NCBI RefSeq assembly: GCF_000015025.1
Contig: NC_008578.1
Span: 150,001 to 182,000, forward strand
Length of the DNA: 32,000 nt
DNA from: Acidothermus cellulolyticus 11B
GTDB lineage: Bacteria; Actinomycetota; Actinomycetes; Acidothermales; Acidothermaceae
Direction: 5' to 3'
In this document: positions 1 to 9,175 of the stretch, in pieces
How positions within the stretch are numbered: the first letter of the stretch is position 1
How the letters are laid out: each line of letters starts with the position of its first letter
Program-made: the position numbers and the translations under genes
Notes under the pieces: model-generated
Told to the model about the DNA's origin: nothing
Seen by the model: the letters and a program-made list of their open reading frames with translations, nothing else
Database searches by the model: none

Positions 1-323
1 ATCTCCTGGCCGCTGAACCTCGACCGACGGCAATCTTCGCCGTGACCGACGTCCTTGCTCTAGGGGCTCTTGACGAGGCGATGCGGCAACGGATCGCCGT
101 CCCAGCCGAGCTCTCGGTTGCTGGTTTTGATGACATTCCGGAGGCTGCTCGGGCCGTGCCCCCGCTGACCACGTTCTCGCAGGCCCTTGCGGAACAGGGA
201 CGCGCGGCGGCGCGGATGCTCTTGGACCGGATCGCGGGACGTGCCGGCTCGGTGCCGGCGTTGGAAACGCGGTTGGTTGTCCGGGGCAGCACGGCACCTG
301 CCTCGGTCCTTGTCGAGGCGTGA
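1..323 (+). CDS. LacI/GalR-family transcriptional regulator, C-terminal fragment (5' end outside window)
   Basis: The reading frame is open to the window edge. The tail (SVAGFDDIPEA...PPLTTF...AARMLLDRI) looks like the C-terminal sugar-binding fold of LacI-type repressors. Stop at 321-323. Confidence 0.7.
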   Translation, partial: LLAAEPRPTAIFAVTDVLALGALDEAMRQRIAVPAELSVAGFDDIPEAARAVPPLTTFSQALAEQGRAAARMLLDRIAGRAGSVPALETRLVVRGSTAPASVLVEA

Positions 324-558
324 CACGCGGGGGAGGTGTGTTTCTTCGCCCGTTGCCTGTGGGTACCCGCGGCGGCTGCGCTCTCGGATGTGGAGATCTG
401 GCCCGCCAGGGCGTGACAGCTGCGCGTCCGGCCGGTTTCGCTCGAACGTCGCAGCCCCGTGGACCGTTATAGCTGTTGCAGCGCTTGGGCGATCAGAGCG
501 TTGCAGTCCGGGAGGTGCCGCGGCACCGACGCGCAGGTCGGCATGAAAGGACCGTTTA

Positions 559-1704
559 GTGGGCAGCAAACCCGATGCACGGATTGAGCGCCGAAGCCTC
601 CGTGTTCCGCTTTCTGTTTCGGACAGCCGGCCGGAGCGTGCCGCATATGCCCTGCTCCCGCTGCGCGCGTTCCTCGGCTTCACCTTCTGTTACGCCGGCC
701 TGCAGAAGCTCGCGAATCCCGCGTTCTTCAATGCCCGCAGTCCCATCTCGATTCAGGCCCAATTTCTGGGAGCGGTGCGGCGCAGCCCGATTCACGCCCT
801 GCTTCAGCCGTTGTCGTCGCACGCTTGGGCGATCGGGGTTCTCATGGCGCTCGGCGAGTTGGCGGTCGGTTTAGGCACGCTGGCCGGACTCTTCACCCGG
901 ATCGCCGCGCTCGGCGGTGCCGTGATTTCGTTCAGTCTTTTCCTCACCGTAAGCTTTCACAGCAATCCGTGGTACACCGGCTCCGACATCGTCTTCTTCT
1001 TCGCCTGGTTGCCGCTTCTCGTGGCGGGTGGCGGGCCGTTCTCTCTTGATGCCTGGGTTGACCGCGCGGTGCAACGACGAGCATCGAGCCGCGCGCGTGC
1101 GGATGTTCCGCCTGATGAGATGCGTCGCCGGCTGGTTGGCTCGCTTGCTGTTCTCCTCGGTGCGTTCGGTATGGCACTGGCCGGCTTGACGGCGGGTATC
1201 GGTCGTCTGCTCTACACGCCAGCAACGTCGGGCGCTACCTCCGCGCTTCCGGGCGGCGGTTCGCCCGGCCTGGCCCGGCCGTCCCCGTCCGGCGGAACCG
1301 CCGCCGGCGGGACTCCGTCCGGCGGTGCGGCGTCAGGAAATCCGTCCCCTGCCGGTGGGCCGTCCGCCGGTGCGTCGTCTCCCGGAGCCTCGTCGGGCGG
1401 AGTGCGGATCGGTCCGGCGAGTGCCGTGCCGATCGGCGGTGCGGCAAGCTTCCAGGATCCGGCGACCGGCGATCCGGCGATCGTCGTCCGCCCGAGCGCC
1501 GGTGTTTTTCACGCATTCGACGCGGTATGTCCGCATGCCGGATGCACCGTCGGTTACGACCCGTCGAGCGCGGTGCTGGTGTGTCCCTGCCACGGATCAC
1601 GGTTCAATGCCACGAGCGGCGCGGTGCTCAACGGTCCGGCGCCGACGGGACTGACACCGATCAAGATCCGTGAAGGCTCGGACGGACAACTCTATGTTGA
1701 CTGA
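559..1704 (+). CDS. DoxX-like membrane domain fused to a C-terminal Rieske [2Fe-2S] domain
   Basis: The N-terminal ~170 aa has several hydrophobic helices resembling DoxX. A Gly/Ser/Pro low-complexity linker follows. The C-terminus carries Rieske ligand boxes CPHAGC and CPCHGSRF. GTG start at 559 with AAAGGA about 8 nt upstream. Confidence 0.8.
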   Translation: MGSKPDARIERRSLRVPLSVSDSRPERAAYALLPLRAFLGFTFCYAGLQKLANPAFFNARSPISIQAQFLGAVRRSPIHALLQPLSSHAWAIGVLMALGELAVGLGTLAGLFTRIAALGGAVISFSLFLTVSFHSNPWYTGSDIVFFFAWLPLLVAGGGPFSLDAWVDRAVQRRASSRARADVPPDEMRRRLVGSLAVLLGAFGMALAGLTAGIGRLLYTPATSGATSALPGGGSPGLARPSPSGGTAAGGTPSGGAASGNPSPAGGPSAGASSPGASSGGVRIGPASAVPIGGAASFQDPATGDPAIVVRPSAGVFHAFDAVCPHAGCTVGYDPSSAVLVCPCHGSRFNATSGAVLNGPAPTGLTPIKIREGSDGQLYVD

Positions 1705-1856
1705 CCCGGAATCGGACGGCGGCAGCGATGCAGCCGAACATAACGTGTCGGGATCTGGGGCAATATAGAAAAGCGGATCTTCCGAACGTGTGGATTGCAT
1801 CCGCGAGATCGAGAGGGCGGAGGGCAGGGACGATGGTCGGCACACCGAGGGTCACC

Positions 1857-2438
1857 ATGAGTCCGCGTGGTGCAAGGAGTCGGGCTGAGGGTCGGGCCAA
1901 GGCAGGGATCGGGCTGCGCAGCCTGTCGCTAGTCGCGGCAGGACTTTTGCTTGCTGCCTGCAGCAGCTCCCACAAGGCGACCACCGCGCAGACGCCTGCG
2001 TCGAGCTCCGCGTCGGCATCGAGCTCCGTCTCGGCCAGCTCACCGACCGCCGCGAGCTCGACGGCGTCCAGTGGTGCATCGGCGGGCAGCGGGGGCGCCG
2101 GTGTGCACCCGACCATCTCGATCACACCTGCGGGCCCGTACACCGACGGTCAAACGGTCCACGTGACCGGCAGCGGGTTCTCACCGCACGAGTCTCTCGT
2201 TGTCGAAGAGTGCGCGAACAAGGGCACGAACACCGGTCCGGGAGATTGCGACTTGGAGGGACTGGTGTCTATTACGTCGGACGCGAACGGGAATGTGACC
2301 GCGGATTACAAGGTGAAGAAGGGGCCGTTCGGCGCTAACAAGATTGTTTGCTCCGCGAGTCAACCGTGCCTGCTGTCCGTGACGCAGCCGACACCGAATC
2401 CGACCGAAGAAGCGGATGTACCGCTGAGCTTCCAGTGA
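1857..2438 (+). CDS. Neocarzinostatin-family (apoprotein-fold) lipoprotein
   Basis: The ATG at 1857 gives a signal peptide with lipobox LLLAAC followed by a Ser/Ala-rich linker. The C-terminal ~110 aa aligns by eye with neocarzinostatin apoprotein (ITPAGPYTDGQTVHVTGSGF..ECA...SDANGN...C..SQPCLLSV...VPLSFQ). The longer 1728 start looks non-coding. Confidence 0.7.
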   Translation: MSPRGARSRAEGRAKAGIGLRSLSLVAAGLLLAACSSSHKATTAQTPASSSASASSSVSASSPTAASSTASSGASAGSGGAGVHPTISITPAGPYTDGQTVHVTGSGFSPHESLVVEECANKGTNTGPGDCDLEGLVSITSDANGNVTADYKVKKGPFGANKIVCSASQPCLLSVTQPTPNPTEEADVPLSFQ

Positions 2439-2448
2439 GTGCTCCGCG

Positions 2449-3345
2449 GTGACTACGCCTCTGCCGCCGGTGATCGCCGTCATCGGCGGCGGCGTGATGG
2501 GCTCCGGCATTGCCGGCGCATTTTTGCGTGCAGGATGCAACGTCATCTTGATCGAGCGGGATGAGGCAGCCGCTGAGCAGGCAAGGGACCGGGTGGAACG
2601 GCAGCTCCAGCGCGCCAGCGGCGCGGCGGTGGATGATGGCCTCGCCCGCTTGACGGTAGGGTCCGACGTCGCGGGTATTGGGCAGGCCGGGCTGATCGTA
2701 GAGGCGGTCGTCGAAGATGTCATGGCGAAACGGCAGGTGCTGGCCGCTGCGGAACGTCACGCACCCAACGCCCGATTGCTGGCGACGAATACCAGCAGCA
2801 TTTCGATTGATGAACTGGCGGCCGGGATGGCGCGCCCCGATAGGTTTCTCGGTCTGCATTTCTTCAACCCGGTTCTCAGCAGTGCGCTCGTCGAAGTTGT
2901 CGTCGGGACAGCGACCGCGTCCACGGCGGCGGCATACGCGGTCGACGTGGTACGGGCGTTGGCTAAGCAGCCTGTCACGGTGCACAATTCACCAGGCTTT
3001 GCCAGCAGCAGGCTCGGCGTCCTTCTCGCATTGGAGGCAATACGCATGGTCGAGGAGGGTGTCGCCACGCCCGAAGATATTGACACTGTCATGACCCTCG
3101 GATATCGGCATCCGGTGGGACCGCTGCGGTTGACAGATATTGTCGGCCTAGACGTGCGGCTGGCGATTGCTGAGTATTTGGCCGGTCGACTGGGACCCCG
3201 TTTTGAACCACCCCGCCTCCTTCGCGATCTGGTTGCGCGCGGTTCGTTGGGCCGGAAGGCGGGCCGCGGGTTTTACGTGTGGCCGGCAGAGTCAGCTGGC
3301 GGCGGATCGAGAGAGTGCGGCAGTTCAGCAGATCAAGGAGATTAG
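2449..3345 (+). CDS. 3-hydroxyacyl-CoA / 3-hydroxybutyryl-CoA dehydrogenase
   Basis: N-terminal NAD Rossmann motif VIGGGVMGSGIA, an FFNPV box and a C-terminal HAD domain (GYRHPVGPLRLTDIVGLD). GTG start 10 nt after the previous stop. Confidence 0.85.
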   Translation: MTTPLPPVIAVIGGGVMGSGIAGAFLRAGCNVILIERDEAAAEQARDRVERQLQRASGAAVDDGLARLTVGSDVAGIGQAGLIVEAVVEDVMAKRQVLAAAERHAPNARLLATNTSSISIDELAAGMARPDRFLGLHFFNPVLSSALVEVVVGTATASTAAAYAVDVVRALAKQPVTVHNSPGFASSRLGVLLALEAIRMVEEGVATPEDIDTVMTLGYRHPVGPLRLTDIVGLDVRLAIAEYLAGRLGPRFEPPRLLRDLVARGSLGRKAGRGFYVWPAESAGGGSRECGSSADQGD

Positions 3346-3621
3346 CTGTCTGACGGAAGTTCTACGGTGCGTGGGTCTCGCGTCATACTTCGCCCCGCGC
3401 CGCCGACGTGCAGGACGTCGTTGTGTCCCTGAAACGTGAGGCGACTAATTTTTTATTATAGCCGGCTCGGTACTGGTGCTGGGCGGCGCCGTGAGGTGAA
3501 CAATCGGGCCGCGCTGCACGGTCGTGACCGCGTTACCTCTCCGAGGTGCCAGGCGATAAGCTTTTCACAACGAACACGCGTGGTGTTGCAGAAATCTTCG
3601 GCGCTAGGAGGATTGCTAATC

Positions 3622-4680
3622 ATGGAGTATCGCCAGCTCGGACGGTCGGGTCTTCGGGTTTCGTCGCTCACCCTCGGCACGATGACCTTCGGAGGTGTGG
3701 GCTGGGCCGCTGCCGTCGGGTCGACGGACGTCGACGGAGCCCGGCGTCAGATCGCAATGGCTTTGGAGGCCGGCGTCAATCTCATCGACACCGCTGACGT
3801 GTATTCCGCCGGGCTCTCCGAAGAAATCATCGCGAAAGCACTTCCGGTGGCCCGCGAGGATGTTCTTATCGCAACCAAGGTGCGGATGCCGATGGGTGAT
3901 GGGCCCAACGACGCAGGGCTCTCCCGGCATCACATCATCCGCAGCTGTGAGGCGAGTCTGCGCCGGTTGGGCACCGACTACATCGACCTGTACCAGGTGC
4001 ACGAATGGGACGGCCAGACGCCGTTGGAGGAAACACTCGCAGCGCTTGACCACTTGGTCAGCTCGGGCAAGGTGCGGTACATTGGCGCGTCGAATTACGC
4101 TGCCTGGCAGTTGATGAAGGCGCTCGGTGTCTCCGAGAAGCACGGATTCACCCGCTTCGTCAGTCAGCAGATTTACTATTCGCTGCAGGCTAGGGACGTC
4201 GAAGATGAACTCGTTCCGTTGAGCATCGATCAGGGCCTTGGCATTCTCGTCTGGAGTCCGCTGGCCGGTGGCCTTCTCTCTGGGAAGTACCGCCGAGGAG
4301 TCCGCCCCGAATCCGGCCGGCATCTCGGCAATTGGAACGAGCCGCCGGTCTATGACGAGAACAAGTTGTACGACACCATTGATGTTCTCGTCGACATTGC
4401 GCAGAACCGCGGCGTCTCCGCCGCCCAGGTGGCGATTGCGTGGTTGCTGGGGCGGCCGGGTGTGACGACGGTCATCATCGGCGCGCGGACGGACGAGCAG
4501 CTGGCCGACAATCTGAAGGCCGCGGATCTGCAGTTGTCTGCCGAGGAACGGGAACGGTTGGACAAGGTAAGCGCCCAGCCGCTGCGTTACCCGTTCTGGC
4601 ACCAGGCCAAGACGGCACGCGACCGCCTCAGCCCTGCCGATCTGACCCTGCTTGGTCCGCACATTGCGGCGTCGCAGTGA
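3622..4680 (+). CDS. Aldo/keto reductase family oxidoreductase
   Basis: MEYRQLGRSGLRVSSLTLGTMTFGG..., DTADVY, LYQVHEWD and IGASNY are classic AKR boxes. AGGAGGA lies 9 nt upstream of the ATG at 3622. The longer ORF from 3436 has a non-coding-looking N-terminus. Confidence 0.85.
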   Translation: MEYRQLGRSGLRVSSLTLGTMTFGGVGWAAAVGSTDVDGARRQIAMALEAGVNLIDTADVYSAGLSEEIIAKALPVAREDVLIATKVRMPMGDGPNDAGLSRHHIIRSCEASLRRLGTDYIDLYQVHEWDGQTPLEETLAALDHLVSSGKVRYIGASNYAAWQLMKALGVSEKHGFTRFVSQQIYYSLQARDVEDELVPLSIDQGLGILVWSPLAGGLLSGKYRRGVRPESGRHLGNWNEPPVYDENKLYDTIDVLVDIAQNRGVSAAQVAIAWLLGRPGVTTVIIGARTDEQLADNLKAADLQLSAEERERLDKVSAQPLRYPFWHQAKTARDRLSPADLTLLGPHIAASQ

Positions 4681-4710
4681 CGCCGGCAGCAACCTGCAAT
4701 ACCGGCGTGT

Positions 4711-4752
4711 GACGTGACGGGCGGCCCGCGGGCGCGGGCCGCCCGTCACGTC
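4711..4752. terminator. Perfect 17-bp-stem hairpin between convergent genes (likely bidirectional terminator)
   Basis: GACGTGACGGGCGGCCC (4711-4727), loop GCGGGCGC, then GGGCCGCCCGTCACGTC (4736-4752). The 3' arm contains the stop codon (4746-4748) of the minus-strand gene. No clear U-tract. Confidence 0.55.
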
Positions 4753-5330
4753 GTCAGATCTGCGCTGGACCGGCCCAGCAGGCCGACAAGTTGCGTAATT
4801 GCCGGCGCGCCTTCGCTCACCGGTTGCGGCGGCGCGAATGGACCAGGCCCGGGAGGCTGTTGAGCGAACCGCTTTTTCGTGAATTCCAGCGCCGTCCGGA
4901 CCGGTTCCTCCGGAAAGTCGATCGGCTGGCCGGTAGCGCGGGCTAGATCCCAGCCGTGCACCACCGCCTCGACGAGGCGCAGGTAGAGGGCGGCCTGTCC
5001 GGGAACACGGCCGGCGGGGACGACGATCAGGCGTTCGAGAGCGCCTGCTTCGCGGAATGCGGCGAGAAGTTCATCGGCGCTGCTTCGATACGCGGTGCGG
5101 ACATCCTCGGTGATCTGTGGCGGCCCCGACGGCCGGGAACCCGCGGCGAACTCCTCACCGTGCAAGGCGCGGACGAATAGACGATGCCCGAGGACCAGGT
5201 GACTGGCGACCGCATGGACGTCCCATTCCGCGCACGGCGTGGCATTGTGCCACTGGTCGGGGCGGATGGCGGCGATGATGCGCTCCGTCGTGTCAAGTGC
5301 TGTTGCCAATTGAGTGATTGCGTCAGACAC
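4746..5330 (-). CDS. DinB-superfamily / mycothiol maleylpyruvate isomerase N-terminal-domain protein (TIGR03086-like)
   Basis: The N-terminus (...QWHNATPCAEWDVHAVASHLV) is typical of this family. GTG start at 5330 with AGGAGGA just upstream. Confidence 0.7.
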   Translation of the reverse strand: MSDAITQLATALDTTERIIAAIRPDQWHNATPCAEWDVHAVASHLVLGHRLFVRALHGEEFAAGSRPSGPPQITEDVRTAYRSSADELLAAFREAGALERLIVVPAGRVPGQAALYLRLVEAVVHGWDLARATGQPIDFPEEPVRTALEFTKKRFAQQPPGPGPFAPPQPVSEGAPAITQLVGLLGRSSADLTT

Positions 5331-5479
5331 AAATCCTCCTGAGGGGGCGACATTTTTCCATACGCGTCACACACGAAATCGCCTGTGCAGAGCGGCATAT
5401 CTTGTTGACAGGCCAGCGTTCCCTTGCCGGTCTCCGATACGCATTCTCCCTACGTGGCGGCCTTCTCTTGGTGAGGCGG

Positions 5480-6520
5480 CTAGAGAACCGAACCGGGCCA
5501 GAGTGCCCCGACGGCGAGGCCGGCAAGAAAGAGCCAACCGTACAAGCGGTTGTGAACCAGGCAGACCCGATGGAACCAGAGTGGCCAGCCGATGTATCCC
5601 GGAGGTGGTTGTTCGGGTGCAGGCCGGGAGAGAACGCGAAGCGCCCGCATCGCCCGCGGCGCAGCGAGGAACACAACCAAGGTGGCCACGCTGAGGAGAC
5701 CGGACGCGACGGCCGCCACGACGGCGGCGTACATGGCAATAATCATGCCGATCGTGAGGCGTCTCGCCGTCGTTGCCCCGAGCAGCACAGGCAGTGTCCG
5801 CTGGCCGTGGCCGGCGTCGTACCCGCGTTGGTCAATATGTTTGCCGACGAGGATTGATGAAACGCCGAGTCCGTACGGAACCGCGGCGAGAAAGGCGGCG
5901 GCCGACCACGTCCCAGTCAGGACGTAGTAGCCTCCGCCGATCATGAGCGGGCCCCAGACGATGAACGCTGCGAATTCGCCGAGTCCGAGCTCTTTGAGGG
6001 CGCGCGGTGCAGCGTCGTACCCCCAGAGCAACCCGGCTCCCGCGATGGCGAGAGCCGCGGCCGTCCACCCGCGGAGAAAAATGAAATATCCACCGATAAG
6101 GAGCGCAACCGTCCCGAGAATGCCGATGCCGACCGCGAGAGCACGCGGAGAGACAACGCCGCTGGCAATGGGATGCAGTGTATAGCGCCGCCGCGGTGAT
6201 TCCGGCGTGTCATGCCCCCGCCGGAAACCGAAGTAGTCGTTGGAAATGTTGCTGATGGCATGCAACACGACGAACGCGATGAAGAGCAAAAGGAAGGGGA
6301 CGGGTTGGAACCGCCGGTCGGTCGCGGCAAGCAGTCCGGCGATGAGTGCTGCTTGGGCGGAAATGACCAGGATGACGCTGCGCGCGGCGTACAGAAACCG
6401 TGTGATCGGTCCGAAGGTGGACAGTTCGGCGGCACTGGTCGGATAAAAGCCGGTGAAAGCTCCCGCCCACGCCAACCGGCGCCGGGGGTTCCGGTTAGGG
6501 GTAACGTGACGTGTCGGCAC
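5480..6520 (-). CDS. UbiA-family aromatic prenyltransferase (MenA-like)
   Basis: Polytopic membrane protein with the Asp-rich box NDYFGFRRGHD and about 8 hydrophobic helices. The start (GTG at 6520) is uncertain. Confidence 0.75.
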   Translation of the reverse strand: MPTRHVTPNRNPRRRLAWAGAFTGFYPTSAAELSTFGPITRFLYAARSVILVISAQAALIAGLLAATDRRFQPVPFLLLFIAFVVLHAISNISNDYFGFRRGHDTPESPRRRYTLHPIASGVVSPRALAVGIGILGTVALLIGGYFIFLRGWTAAALAIAGAGLLWGYDAAPRALKELGLGEFAAFIVWGPLMIGGGYYVLTGTWSAAAFLAAVPYGLGVSSILVGKHIDQRGYDAGHGQRTLPVLLGATTARRLTIGMIIAMYAAVVAAVASGLLSVATLVVFLAAPRAMRALRVLSRPAPEQPPPGYIGWPLWFHRVCLVHNRLYGWLFLAGLAVGALWPGSVL

Positions 6521-6743
6521 GGGATTTACCCTACGCCCGTCACGTGGCCGCCGTTGCCCTATGGGCGCGCAGCAGCTCGGCCTAGCAGGCGGACGTCCCC
6601 CGGCCGGTGCGTGGTCGCGGGTGGCGGCCGCAAGCGGTGACAGGCGTCAATTGCCCTGCACCCGGTGGGCCCCGGGGTCACAGATGAGGGCTGGTAGCTG
6701 CGACCCTTCCGTGACCCCGACCGGAGCGTGCGAGCATGGCGGC

Positions 6744-8177
6744 GTGTTGAACACCGCATTGCCGCCCACGAAAAGACCGATCGTGTATTGGTTCCGCCGG
6801 GACTTGCGGCTGGCTGATTCGCCGGCACTTGTGGCGGCAGCCCGCGCCGCGGGAGCTGAACCGATCGTGCCGCTCTTCGTTGTCGATCCCCGCGCCGGGC
6901 GCGGCGCCGGCCCAAATCGGTGGCAGTTTCTTGCCAGCTGCCTGGAGGAGCTCGACCGGCAACTGGGCGGGGCGTTGACCCTTAGGCGGGCGCCAGGGGT
7001 CGGCGGCGCGGCTGCGGTCGCGGCCATAGTGGCTGGCTTCGCGGCCGAGGTCGGCGCCGAGATTGTGGTAGCGAGTGGGGAGACCACGCCTTATGGACGG
7101 CGACGCGACCGCATCGTGGCGGAGCGTCTTGCGGCGGAGGACCGGCGACTGCTCCTCCTGGATACGCCATACTGCGTCGCCCCCGGGCGGCTCAGGCGGA
7201 CCGGCGGGCATCCCTACCGGGTATTCAGCGCTTTCTACCGCGCCTGGCTGGCCGAACCTGTCGAAGCGCCGTATGAGCGACCGGCCGCCCGCTTCGACGC
7301 ACTCGTATCTGATGGAGAGGCGACGGATCTGGTCGATGCTGCCGGGCGCGGCTACGATGTTTCACCGTCGTGGTGGCGGGATCTCCCCTTAGGCCCCGCG
7401 CCACACCTGCCAGCGGCGGGCGAACGGGCTGCCATCGACCGGCTTACCCAATTCTGCGAAAGTGCTTTGCCGCAATACGACCGGCATCGGGACCGACCCG
7501 ACATGGCGGGCACATCGCGGCTCTCCGCCGACCTCCATTTCGGCACGCTGCACCCGCGGACGGTGCGGGATGCTGCCCGCAAGACCGTGGAAGGTCCTGC
7601 GCTGGATCGGTTTCTCGCTGAACTTGCATGGCGCGAGTTCTTTGCCGACGTGCTGTGGCACCGACCGGATGCCGCGTGGCACTCGTGGGATCCCATCGGA
7701 CGTCACCTGGCCGTGGACGACGGACCGCAGGCGCGGGAGCGTTTCACCGCGTGGGCGCGGGGTGAGACCGGATACGGCCTGGTCGACGCCGGAATGCGTC
7801 AGCTGCTGTCCGAAGGCTGGATGCACAACCGCGTACGTATGGTGTCGGCGAGTTTCCTGGTAAAAGACCTGCATCTCGATTGGCGGTGGGGCGCGCGGTG
7901 GTTCCTGTGGCACCTTGTTGACGGCGATATCGCCTCAAATAATCTGAACTGGCAGTGGGTGGCCGGAATTGGCACCGATGCGGCGCCGTACCACCGGATC
8001 TTCAATCCCGATCGCCAAGCGGAGCGCTTTGACCCTGACGGTGCTTATCGCCGTCGGTACTGCGCTGATTTGCCTGCCCGACTGTCGATCGTGAATCACA
8101 AAGCGGAACGGGCGGAGGCGCTGACTCGTTGGGCGGCGGCGAAAGCCGCGGTCCGCCATGAATCCACCGCCGATTAG
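6744..8177 (+). CDS. phr: Deoxyribodipyrimidine photolyase (cryptochrome/photolyase family)
   Basis: IVYWFRRDLRLADSPAL N-terminal box; the FAD-binding C-terminus has LSADLHFGTL, ELAWREF, GWMHNRVRM and NNLNWQWVAG. The start is placed at GTG 6744; in-frame ATGs at 6561 and 6684 would add non-conserved residues. Confidence 0.85.
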   Translation: MLNTALPPTKRPIVYWFRRDLRLADSPALVAAARAAGAEPIVPLFVVDPRAGRGAGPNRWQFLASCLEELDRQLGGALTLRRAPGVGGAAAVAAIVAGFAAEVGAEIVVASGETTPYGRRRDRIVAERLAAEDRRLLLLDTPYCVAPGRLRRTGGHPYRVFSAFYRAWLAEPVEAPYERPAARFDALVSDGEATDLVDAAGRGYDVSPSWWRDLPLGPAPHLPAAGERAAIDRLTQFCESALPQYDRHRDRPDMAGTSRLSADLHFGTLHPRTVRDAARKTVEGPALDRFLAELAWREFFADVLWHRPDAAWHSWDPIGRHLAVDDGPQARERFTAWARGETGYGLVDAGMRQLLSEGWMHNRVRMVSASFLVKDLHLDWRWGARWFLWHLVDGDIASNNLNWQWVAGIGTDAAPYHRIFNPDRQAERFDPDGAYRRRYCADLPARLSIVNHKAERAEALTRWAAAKAAVRHESTAD

Positions 8178-8326
8178 CGGCTCCCGGGTGGCCGGCGACT
8201 CGGTGAGCAGCTTTCGGCGCGCGGCGGCGTCCTGCAGCGACGCCGACAGCCGCCGGTGTACGACCGCGCAGCACTCCGCGCCTCGCGTTGTCTTATCTGG
8301 GAGCGATGGCGCGTTGTCGGTGTGTT

Positions 8327-9175
8327 TTACACATCCATCCGCGAGAAACGCTCCGCACTGACCCACCCGACGATGACGGCAGCTGCGAGAAAAACACCGA
8401 GGCTGAGCCACGGATTGGTGCCACCGGCAGTGTCGAAGCCGTGGCGCGACGGGTCCAGCGCGCTCTGGGCGTCGCGGAACGGGAGCGCGTAACGCCAGAC
8501 TCCCTTGTTCATGGCCGGGACGGCGCCGATCGCGACTTCCACGAAATTCAGCCAGATGATGGGCAGAATAATGCCCCAGCGCATGCTCCGGGTCAGCGCG
8601 GTGACCGCGAGGAAAACCAGTCCGAAGCCACAGGCCACGAGTGCAGAACGGCACATCAGGCCGGCAAAGAGCCCAGGTGTTACCGCGTCGCCTCCGACGC
8701 GATTCCACAACCCGGCGCCAGCGAGGACGGCGGCGCCCAGCACAAGCGCTACGACGCCGGCTACCACGCCGTACCCGCACACCGTGATGGTTTTGGCGGC
8801 GAAAAGAACGCGTCGGCGCGGCAGGTGGGTCAGCACTACGTCGATAGTCCCGTACCGAAACTCATGCCCTATTGCCATGGCCGCGAAAATGCCGACGAGA
8901 ATGGCAGTGGTAGAGACCGGCGCCGTGACGACCGATATCCAGGTGTCGAGCGACGCGCTGCCGAGACTGCCATTGGTTGCCTCACGAAGGTCTGCTTGGC
9001 CGCGGCCCACAAGGTATGCCAGAAGGGCCGAGGCAACACAGCAACCCAGAATCACCCACGTGGACAGAATGGATCGGGCCCGCACCCACTCCATCGCGAG
9101 CGCCGGCCCAAGTACACCGCGCGGCACTGGTGTCGTGGCGGAAGTCCGCCGGCTGTCCGAGACGGTTTCGGTCAT
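8327..9175 (-). CDS. ABC-2-type transporter permease
   Basis: Six hydrophobic segments. Its start overlaps the upstream ATPase stop by 4 nt (9172-9175). Confidence 0.7.
   Translation of the reverse strand: MTETVSDSRRTSATTPVPRGVLGPALAMEWVRARSILSTWVILGCCVASALLAYLVGRGQADLREATNGSLGSASLDTWISVVTAPVSTTAILVGIFAAMAIGHEFRYGTIDVVLTHLPRRRVLFAAKTITVCGYGVVAGVVALVLGAAVLAGAGLWNRVGGDAVTPGLFAGLMCRSALVACGFGLVFLAVTALTRSMRWGIILPIIWLNFVEVAIGAVPAMNKGVWRYALPFRDAQSALDPSRHGFDTAGGTNPWLSLGVFLAAAVIVGWVSAERFSRMDV

Noticed and set aside
3436-3621. N-terminal extension of the aldo/keto reductase (414-aa version)
   Set aside because: The extension has no AKR homology and includes the AT-rich island. A strong AGGAGGA RBS precedes the internal ATG at 3622, which begins the canonical MEYRQLG... 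N-terminus.
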